This document shows, in pieces, positions 8,469 through 15,759 of a stretch of DNA of 15,759 nucleotides. The stretch lies in NCBI GenBank assembly GCA_019429125.1, contig JAHYJO010000022.1, positions 1-15,759 on the forward strand. Direction: 5' to 3'. A program made the translations under genes and the position numbers. Under the pieces are notes generated by a model that saw only the letters and a program-made list of their open reading frames with translations, was not told the origin of the DNA and made no database searches. Each line of letters starts with the position of its first letter. The stretch's first letter is position 1. Source of the stretch: Nanobdellati archaeon. GTDB taxonomy: Archaea > EX4484-52 > GLR71.

Positions 8469-8504
8469 ATAATATAACTATAAAAAATAATGCCAGCATT
8501 AAGT

Positions 8505-9458
8505 CTAGAATGAATCTTTCTCTATAGAGTTAACATTAACAGTTTTATCTATTTTTGGTTCAGGAGCACTGCCAATATTTTTTTCAACATCAGATACGTC
8601 GTCTGAGTCAATACCCCCAGACATACCCAATTCAATAGAATCTGTATTTATCTTTTCAGAATGTATGTGTAGCTTGTCATTTACCTGAGAAATAGCATCA
8701 ACAAGGTTTGGGACCACATCTTTGAATGCGCGCTCAATGCTTGATACTTTAGGGCTCACTTCTGAAAAGTCATCACGCAAAATATCCATCTCCTTTTTTA
8801 TATCAGATACTCTGCTCTCAGTCCTTGTCTCAACTGATTTTAGAGAGGTATCTAAGTTATCAATCTCACCACGAATATCAACAATTGATGCATTAATATT
8901 ATCTATCAGAATCTTAAATGATGCTAACCGCTCTTCCACAATTGATTCAATCATAGCTTCTAGATTATCAGTTCTTGTTACATCTGTCTGGTTCTGCATC
9001 TGCTGGGAAAAATCAGATGATACATCTTGAAACGTAGCATCAAGGGATTGTGGTTGTTCAGCAACCATACCAGGTATAATGTTTGATAAGTTATCTCCTG
9101 AAACCCGCGACTTTATTGCCTGACCAAGCGCATTGTCTATCTCTTTGAAATTGTAACCTTTGTTTTTAAGCGCTTGGACCATCTCGGACTCAGGCATGCC
9201 TTTTGAAGCAAATTTGCTTATATCTGCCATTATGTTTAAAGAGGGAGACGAGGCTGGCTGAAATGAAGACATCTGTTGTATAGGAGCAATAGAAGGTAAT
9301 GAATTGTCTGAATATGACATTTGAGGAGGTAATGAAGATATGTTATCTTGCATAGAGTCTAATCCCGAATCAGACGATGCGTGAAATCCTTGTCCACCAG
9401 AGGTACTTACGCCTGACTTTTTTTTCAGATTGCCGAATAATTCAAATTTAAGTCCCAT
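8505..9458 (-). CDS. Cytoplasmic coiled-coil protein with low-complexity N-terminus and a small helical L-x2-KGY-x3-EI-x2-A module
   Basis: ORF track starts at TTG 9476. ATG at 9458 has a GAGGT RBS overlapping the upstream stop. Long heptad region from LEAMIESIVEER to VNDKL; no TM. Confidence 0.85.
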   Translation of the reverse strand: MGLKFELFGNLKKKSGVSTSGGQGFHASSDSGLDSMQDNISSLPPQMSYSDNSLPSIAPIQQMSSFQPASSPSLNIMADISKFASKGMPESEMVQALKNKGYNFKEIDNALGQAIKSRVSGDNLSNIIPGMVAEQPQSLDATFQDVSSDFSQQMQNQTDVTRTDNLEAMIESIVEERLASFKILIDNINASIVDIRGEIDNLDTSLKSVETRTESRVSDIKKEMDILRDDFSEVSPKVSSIERAFKDVVPNLVDAISQVNDKLHIHSEKINTDSIELGMSGGIDSDDVSDVEKNIGSAPEPKIDKTVNVNSIEKDSF

Positions 9459-9468
9459 AACAATTACC

Positions 9469-9849
9469 TCATTCAATCATACTTGTATTTTTACTTTTAC
9501 TCATACGGTTCGTTATTGATTTCATTAACTCCACATATTCCTGCATCTCGCGCAATTCCTGTCGTGTCACTAAGTTTTTTAAACGCGCATTTATCTTCTG
9601 GACGTCAACTGAAATGTTTGACACCTTGTCTGACAATTCGGTATTGTCTTCTGTTATGTGCTGAACTGACTGGTTCATCTCTTTTGTCGCATCCATTATG
9701 GTCTGTTCCATACTGTTAACTCTAGAGTCTAAGTTTTCAAGCTCATCCTCAATAAGACGGATACGGCGAGTATTATCATTAAGACGACGGGAAAGTTCAC
9801 CTATCAGAGGTGTGGTATCTACCTTTGGTGGAGGATTGTTGAAAACCAT
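9469..9849 (-). CDS. Small coiled-coil protein
   Basis: ORF track starts at TTG 9867. ATG at 9849 has GTGA upstream. Almost wholly heptad (LSRRLNDNTRRIRLIEDELENLDSRV). Confidence 0.85.
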   Translation of the reverse strand: MVFNNPPPKVDTTPLIGELSRRLNDNTRRIRLIEDELENLDSRVNSMEQTIMDATKEMNQSVQHITEDNTELSDKVSNISVDVQKINARLKNLVTRQELREMQEYVELMKSITNRMSKSKNTSMIE

Positions 9850-9875
9850 AGTATCACTAAATATCAAAAAATACG

Positions 9876-9885
9876 ATATATATAT
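9876..9885. promoter_or_regulatory. Palindromic ATATATATAT, candidate bidirectional TATA box
   Basis: Centred about 32 nt from ATG 9849 (-) and about 33 nt from ATG 9914 (+) in a 64-bp divergent spacer. Confidence 0.55.
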
Positions 9886-9913
9886 TTAATAGGTAGCTAC
9901 CCATATATAAATT

Positions 9914-12184
9914 ATGGTAGTCTGCAACTATGAATATGACAATGAGAACAATACTGTCAAGGTAAATTGCCTAAACTGCATATATGGATCATCTATTGAG
10001 GATTTTCCAATATGTATGGCGCGAACTATCGATAAGTTAGTAGAGTCAAAGAATGCAGCACGAGTAATATTGATGCAGACACGAGAATTCGAGTATGACA
10101 TGTACCAGACTCATCTCCTCAAACAGATTGCAAGCACTATAATATACCTGGTAAAACAGCAAAGGATACTTTCTATGGCAAACATCTCAACACCAGGGTG
10201 TGAGTCTTGCATACCACAGAGAACTGAATTCTTGCATCAACTTCTGACCACAGACATAAGAGAGGACCCAATAGGAACATATGTCAAAGTTAACAGAGAA
10301 ATCAGGCACACATATGAGAGGATGAAAATCGCAAATGAGATTTGGAAGACATGCTACCAGAATTATATAGATAATGTGCTCGGGAAAATAAAGTCAGCAC
10401 TTGAAGCTACAGAACTTATACACTTAGTCAAGACACGGCTCATAGGTCATGTTGACGGTGACAGGTCACTTTACAGAGAAATGTTCCACCCTATGATTAA
10501 ACCTAATTTCATGCTGACACGGTATATGCTTATACCACCTAAGAATGGGAAAAAGATAGATAGATATATGGTGGGTGCCAGTGAAGTCCAGATATTTAAG
10601 GTAGAAGACAAGTTGCAGAAAATATACCACATCATACCACCAGAATTTAGGCTGGGCGAGGAAGAGTACACAATCCTTGATGCAGCAAGAAGGTACATGG
10701 CTGCACACAAACCTACAAAGACAGAATTTGCTGACCCACAAAGGATGAGAGATATATTTTCTGATATAGGTCGTGACCTTATCTCCGAACTTGCAGACCA
10801 TGCAAACATAACGCTAACCACAAAGACACTTAACACGCTTGCAGACATCCTTACAAGATACACTGCAGGATACGGTGTTCTTGAAGTAATATTAGGCGAT
10901 GAGAATGTGCAGGACATATACCTTAATGCACCTATGGGTGACTCACCAATTTACCTATATCACGGAGACTATGAGGAATGCATAACAAACATTATACCTA
11001 CCAAAGAAGATGCAAATGCATGGGCTACAAGGTTCAGGATTGAATCGGGTAGACCACTGGATCAGGCAAATCCTGTCCTTGATACTGAAATTGTTTTGCC
11101 GAGCGGGCGAGCAAGAGTTGCGGCAATTACAAGGTCACTCAGCCCGGACGGGCTATCATTTGTGCTAAGACGACATAGAGACAAACCATGGACATATCCG
11201 CTTTTCATACAGTACAACATGATGACACCGCTCTCTGCAGGACTTCTATCATTTATGATAGACGGTGCGCGAACCATGATGTTTGCAGGCACAAGATCGG
11301 CAGGAAAGAGCAGTCTTTTAGGTGGGACACTTACTGAACTTATGAAAAAGGTAAGGATTATAACAGTTGAAGATACTCTTGAACTCCCAGTCAAGGCACT
11401 CAAAGACCTAGGGTATGACATCCAGTCATTGAAATCACGGTCAATCATTACTCATGTTGAATCTGAACTGTCGGCGGATGAGGCCATAAGGACATCTCTG
11501 CGTCTTGGAGACTCATCGTTGATAGTGGGTGAAGTAAGGTCTGTTGAAGCGAAGGCGCTTTATGAATCTATGCGTATCGGTGCACTTGCTAACCTTGTTG
11601 CAGGAACAATCCATGGTGATTCACCGTATGGTGTGTTTGATAGGGTGGTAAATGACCTTGGTGTGCCACCCACGTCGTTTAAGGCGACTGACATAATCAC
11701 TATTGTCAATAGGTTGAAAAGCGCTGACGGTCTCAAGACCTATCGTCGTATTATGGAGATTACGGAAGTCACAAAAGACTGGGATGATAACCCACAGAAA
11801 GAGCATGCTTTCCAGCCACTTATGATGTATGACTCTAAAACCGATCGGCTTGAACCCACTGACCGGTTCCTGAACGGTGAGAGCTATATACTGAATCAGA
11901 TTGCTGACCGTGTCAAGGACTGGAAGAACAACTGGGATGCAGTCTGGGAAAATATTCAGCTCAGGACAAAAATGAAAGAGGCACTGGTTCGGTATGCGCG
12001 CGATACCAATGATTTTTCTATACTTGAAGCTGATTTTACGACTATGGCAAACAGCAGGTTCCACCTGATATCTGAGGAAGTCAAAGAACAGTATGGTTCG
12101 CTTGATCCTGAAAGGATATATGGGCGTTGGGATGAATGGATTAAAAGAAAGATAAAAGAAAAACAAAGGCTGATGAAAGGTTGA
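9914..12184 (+). CDS. Archaeal type II/IV secretion system ATPase (VirB11/TadA/FlaI family) with Cys-rich N-terminal extension
   Basis: Walker A GTRSAGKS (11288-11311), Asp box TVEDTLEL, Walker B LIVGEVR, His box GTIHGDS, and GYGVLEVILGDENVQDIYLN typical of the family. Confidence 0.95.
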   Translation: MVVCNYEYDNENNTVKVNCLNCIYGSSIEDFPICMARTIDKLVESKNAARVILMQTREFEYDMYQTHLLKQIASTIIYLVKQQRILSMANISTPGCESCIPQRTEFLHQLLTTDIREDPIGTYVKVNREIRHTYERMKIANEIWKTCYQNYIDNVLGKIKSALEATELIHLVKTRLIGHVDGDRSLYREMFHPMIKPNFMLTRYMLIPPKNGKKIDRYMVGASEVQIFKVEDKLQKIYHIIPPEFRLGEEEYTILDAARRYMAAHKPTKTEFADPQRMRDIFSDIGRDLISELADHANITLTTKTLNTLADILTRYTAGYGVLEVILGDENVQDIYLNAPMGDSPIYLYHGDYEECITNIIPTKEDANAWATRFRIESGRPLDQANPVLDTEIVLPSGRARVAAITRSLSPDGLSFVLRRHRDKPWTYPLFIQYNMMTPLSAGLLSFMIDGARTMMFAGTRSAGKSSLLGGTLTELMKKVRIITVEDTLELPVKALKDLGYDIQSLKSRSIITHVESELSADEAIRTSLRLGDSSLIVGEVRSVEAKALYESMRIGALANLVAGTIHGDSPYGVFDRVVNDLGVPPTSFKATDIITIVNRLKSADGLKTYRRIMEITEVTKDWDDNPQKEHAFQPLMMYDSKTDRLEPTDRFLNGESYILNQIADRVKDWKNNWDAVWENIQLRTKMKEALVRYARDTNDFSILEADFTTMANSRFHLISEEVKEQYGSLDPERIYGRWDEWIKRKIKEKQRLMKG

Positions 12185-12186
12185 TT

Positions 12187-13280
12187 TAGTCTAATTCATA
12201 AACTGTTACTTTGCCATAGATAGTAAATACGATAAATACTTAGAAACTATATACACATTAAAAACTAAATATATAGTATGAAAAATATACCTTTTACCTC
12301 TGAAAATATTATTGATGCAATCAATAATGAACCTGATACATTTGCAAAAAAGAAGCTTCAATCAAGGGTATTGATTAAAGAAAATAATGCACCAATAACT
12401 GTTGCAAATAAACTTTCTGTAAGTTTAGCTACTGTTTATAATTGGATTAGTCAAATTAATTCTTAAGGTCTTAAAAATTTAAAAATCAAGAAAGGTAAAG
12501 GTCTAAAATCATTATTAACTAAAGAATAGTTAATTGAATTAAAATCAGATATAGAAATTCCAATAAAAACTGATGATGGTTATAATCGTGGTTGTCAAAC
12601 CAAAGATGTGTACAAACACATCTTAACAAAATATGTACTAAAATATTCGTTAAGACGAATACAAGAAATTCTTAATATAATGGGATTTAAAAAAATCGTA
12701 TGCAGACCACGAAGTACGCGTAGAAATGAGGCGTTAACTCAAGAATTTTTGATAACAGTTAAAAAAAAGAAATTTAGGGGGTGAAGAATACAAACTATTT
12801 TGTCATGATGAATGTTTAAAAAAATTAGAAATAGATAAAGCATGAGTTTGGGCAAAAATAGGTTCAAAACCAATAAAATACATATCGTGAACTCAAACTA
12901 AAATTAATATAGGTGGGTTTTATACTGAAAATAATACATTTTATCATTATGATTTAGGAGAAAAACAAAACACGATTTCATTTATAGACTCTTTAAAAAA
13001 ATTCAAAAAAGACATAAACCACAAAGTATTTTTAATAATTGACAAAGCACGTTTTCATACATCTAAAGATGCTAAAGAATACTTAGATGTAAATAAGGAT
13101 TAGTTAGAATATGAATATTTTTTAACAGCGTCACCTGATAAAAATCCAGTAGAATTTTGTTGGAAAAGAATAAGATAAGAATTATTACAACTTTATTCAT
13201 TCTCTAAAAAAACAGAGTTGTTGAGTAGTTTAAGTAAATTATGGGTTTTACAAAGCCAAAGTCAAATAATTTATATATAG
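12187..13280 (+). mobile_element. Degenerate IS630-family insertion sequence (boundaries approximate)
   Basis: AT-rich insert between two higher-GC genes containing a transposase pseudogene. Ends show only weak IR similarity (ATAAA...ACTTTG), with TA/TAG at both putative ends. Confidence 0.8.
12278..13280 (+). pseudogene. IS630 transposase pseudogene
   Basis: HTH (VANKLSVSLATVYNW), second HTH region (YSLRRIQEILNIMGF), frame change at the A8G run 12761-12769, then DDE motifs FCHDE, VWAKIGSKP, LIIDKARFH and SPDKNPVE. Premature stops at 12464, 12527, 12843, 12888, 13101 and 13176. Confidence 0.9.
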
Positions 13281-13312
13281 AAGCCACAGACAAATCAAAT
13301 AAGGCACATACT

Positions 13313-15424
13313 ATGAAATCAAATATTTCTGAAAAAGAAAAAGAACATTTTGCAGAAATAGAGAAAGCTCTAGAACAATATAACAAGGATATGGTAAACC
13401 CTATAGATTTTACATCAGAAACAAGTACAATATCGCGCGCATTCAAGGAATATAAAGAAGATGAGTCAAACCAGAAACTTGCAGGCACGTTCTATGAGAA
13501 GATGTGCGCACTGTCTGAAAAAATGTTCAAGATAGACCTCGACAAGAAAAGTAAGGATGCAATCAACATTGCTATTGATTTTACAGCTCTCAAAATTACA
13601 CCTGAAGGCGTTGCAGGATTCTCTGTCATGGCACTTCTTTTCTTCTTAGTCCTTGGTGTATTAACACTTTTTATACCACCGTTTATTGCACCAAATCTTA
13701 TCAAAATAATGATGTTTGCAATGGGTCCTATAACTGCTCTGTACATATTCAAATACCCAAATAACATGGCAACTAGTGTCAGAATTAAAAGTTCGGGAGA
13801 GCTTGTCATGGTTGTACTTTACATGATAGTCTACATGAAGACTACACCTAACCTTGAAGGTGCAGTACGGTTTGCAGCACAGAGCGCTACTGGTAAAGTC
13901 GGACGTGACCTGACTAGGATGTTATGGAGACTTGAGAATGGTGAGATACAGACTATTGACGAAGGCCTTATGGAATATGTAGTCCAATGGAAAAATTATA
14001 ACCGTGAATTTATGGATTCTATTGAATTTATTAGGGCTTCCATGCGCGAGACAAATCTGGCTCGTCGTGAAAATATGTTGGACAAGTCGGTCAACATGAT
14101 TCTTGAAGGCACAAATGAAAAAATGAAACATTACAGCCGTGAACTGCAGATGCCAATTACGGTAATACATGGACTTGGTATACTTTTGCCTATTATGGGA
14201 ATGATAATATTTCCTTTAGCATCTATCTTTCTGGGTGACTCGATACCGTATCTTGTCACGTATCTTATTTTTGGGTATGATATACTTATACCATTAGTAG
14301 TCTATGTGTTTATGAAAAATATACTTGACCGAAGACCTTCTACAAAGACTGTTGTTGACATATCTAATCATCCTGATGCCATGCCACTCAATAAGATGCG
14401 AATAGGTAAAACAATCGTACCTGTCTGGCCATTTGCACTCATCTCAGGAGGGATAATAGTATTTATAGGCATACTGATGCTTATCACATTCTATAATGTT
14501 GACAACACACTCATAGAAAATCCAATACAACGTTTAATCGTATCAAACCTATTCCATAGCCTGATTATTATAATAGGTATTGCAGTCGGGCTTATTGTGT
14601 ATTATTGGGGGACTAGCTTTCAGAAGATTAAGATTATTAAAGAGATACAAAAGATTGAGGAACAGTTTGAGTCTGCGCTTTTTGCATTAGGTAACCGTCT
14701 TGCAGGCGGGATGCCACTTGAACTGTCTCTCGCCAAGGCGAATGATGACACTAAAGACCTTGAAATATCAGGACTTTTGAGAGGGACAGTAAAAAACATG
14801 AGTCAGCTGAATATGACATTCCATCAGGCACTTTTTGATAAAAAATATGGTTCACTTTTTTATTACCCATCCAAATTGATACATACCATAATGCAGGCCA
14901 TAAGTGAGGCGGTTGACAAAGGAACAAAGGCAACATCTATGACTATGCTTGTTATTTCTGAATACTTGCGCAATATCAGAACCACACAGGAAAAGATTGA
15001 TGATATACTTTCTGAGACATCAAGCTCTATGAAATTTCAGGCATATGTATTAGTTCCTATGATATCAGGTGTTGTAGTATCGACATCACAGATTATCATG
15101 ACTATGATGTTCAAGATTGATTCAAGTATGAAGGATCTTGATGCTGCATCACTTGCAGGTTCAAATCCAATGGGGATGATGATTGATCTTGAATCGGCGA
15201 CACAGCCATGGATATTGCAGCTTTTGGTCGGTATCTATGTCATTGAGATACTTATTCTTCTTTCAATGTTTGTGATAAAGATTACAGACGGTGATGATAA
15301 AATAAAACAGAATGACCTCATCTGGCATGTAATAATCATCGGCATAATCATGTATGTAATTGTCCTTGCAATGGTGAGTGTAATCTTCGGTGGGTTGATA
15401 AGCACTGCGATGCAAGTTATGTGA
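13313..15424 (+). CDS. Type IV pilus/T2SS-F family membrane platform protein (TadB/TadC, FlaJ-like, two T2SSF repeats)
   Basis: Downstream of the ATPase; about 9 TM segments and two cytoplasmic T2SSF-like domains (LYMIVYMKTTPNLEGAVRFA; FESALFALGNRLAGGMPLELSL). The track start at 13241 lies inside the IS end, so ATG 13313 is preferred. Confidence 0.9.
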   Translation: MKSNISEKEKEHFAEIEKALEQYNKDMVNPIDFTSETSTISRAFKEYKEDESNQKLAGTFYEKMCALSEKMFKIDLDKKSKDAINIAIDFTALKITPEGVAGFSVMALLFFLVLGVLTLFIPPFIAPNLIKIMMFAMGPITALYIFKYPNNMATSVRIKSSGELVMVVLYMIVYMKTTPNLEGAVRFAAQSATGKVGRDLTRMLWRLENGEIQTIDEGLMEYVVQWKNYNREFMDSIEFIRASMRETNLARRENMLDKSVNMILEGTNEKMKHYSRELQMPITVIHGLGILLPIMGMIIFPLASIFLGDSIPYLVTYLIFGYDILIPLVVYVFMKNILDRRPSTKTVVDISNHPDAMPLNKMRIGKTIVPVWPFALISGGIIVFIGILMLITFYNVDNTLIENPIQRLIVSNLFHSLIIIIGIAVGLIVYYWGTSFQKIKIIKEIQKIEEQFESALFALGNRLAGGMPLELSLAKANDDTKDLEISGLLRGTVKNMSQLNMTFHQALFDKKYGSLFYYPSKLIHTIMQAISEAVDKGTKATSMTMLVISEYLRNIRTTQEKIDDILSETSSSMKFQAYVLVPMISGVVVSTSQIIMTMMFKIDSSMKDLDAASLAGSNPMGMMIDLESATQPWILQLLVGIYVIEILILLSMFVIKITDGDDKIKQNDLIWHVIIIGIIMYVIVLAMVSVIFGGLISTAMQVM

Positions 15425-15511
15425 TGACTTAGATATTATTAAAACTTTTGAACACTAATTATCTATTATCCTAAGTTTGACAGTTTAATGTCTATTTCAT
15501 TCTGAAAACCT

Positions 15512-15661
15512 ATTTGACAGTTGGCAATTATTGAGCATTTTTGCTTGATTAAATCATATAATTTCTTGATTTTTTACTAAAATATACTCATTTTGAAATA
15601 AAAATAAGACTAAATATCTCTTTTTTTATAAATTTTCTAAATTTTAGCCCAACTGTCAAAT
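15512..15661. repeat. 150-bp segment bounded by perfect 13-bp inverted repeats (ATTTGACAGTTGG), with a third partial copy at 15476-15485
   Basis: 15512-15524 ATTTGACAGTTGG and 15649-15661 CCAACTGTCAAAT; TTTGACAGTT also at 15476. Confidence 0.7.
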
Positions 15662-15759
15662 TTATTTGGCTAATTTTGGTGAATTTTTTTAATTTTTAGT
15701 TTAAATTAAATCTGAATTTCAATATAAATCAAACCATATAACTTATTTTAATTTTGGCA

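Noticed and set aside
12278-12466. 62-aa ORF as a stand-alone HTH regulator
   Set aside because: It is the N-terminus of the IS630 transposase; similarity continues in frame past the stop.
12278-13178. Stop-codon recoding (alternative genetic code) suggested by in-frame stops in the transposase
   Set aside because: All three stop types occur, and all three end normal genes in the window; simple pseudogene decay explains it.
13241-13312. First 24 codons of the 727-aa ORF
   Set aside because: The ATG at 13241 lies within the IS630 3' region, so it is probably a fortuitous in-frame extension.
2393-14936. Short antisense ORFs in the track (e.g. 2393, 3270, 3698, 6497, 6934, 7607, 8189, 8722, 9483, 9698, 10466, 10471, 11062, 11621, 13204, 13492, 13922, 14751)
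   Set aside because: All lie opposite well-supported genes and have no motifs; they are shadow ORFs, and the similarity among those opposite the paralogs just mirrors the sense-strand homology.
9914-15424. Archaellum (flaI/flaJ) operon
   Set aside because: No archaellin, FlaH-type ATPase or FlaF/G genes are present and the ATPase architecture is atypical, so no gene symbols were assigned.
1-15759. CRISPR array, tRNA or rRNA genes
   Set aside because: No regularly spaced direct repeats and no GC-rich structural-RNA-like segments were seen.

Overview
Archaeal DNA, most likely from a DPANN-type lineage (inferred from the BRE/TATA promoters, GGTG(A)/GAGGT ribosome-binding sites and the style of the ATPase). 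The core is a type IV pilus/secretion-type motor: a 756-aa VirB11/FlaI/TadA-family ATPase with a Cys-rich N-terminal extension and a ~700-aa TadB/TadC (T2SSF) membrane platform, separated by a decayed IS630. Two coiled-coil genes are transcribed divergently from the ATPase around one symmetric TATA element. Upstream are seven uncharacterised membrane proteins in two back-to-back arrays, all carrying the motif P-x9-G-x7-F or a single-residue variant. Four are small polytopic proteins on +; three on - add a Sec-type signal peptide and a C-terminal coiled coil. Three AT-rich orphan genes follow. No class III pilin is visible. The window starts with the end of a probable IS1634-like transposase inserted in a KilA-N-like gene and ends in an AT-rich stretch with inverted repeats. 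The best candidate for an undescribed system is the motor plus the paralog array plus the coiled-coil module.
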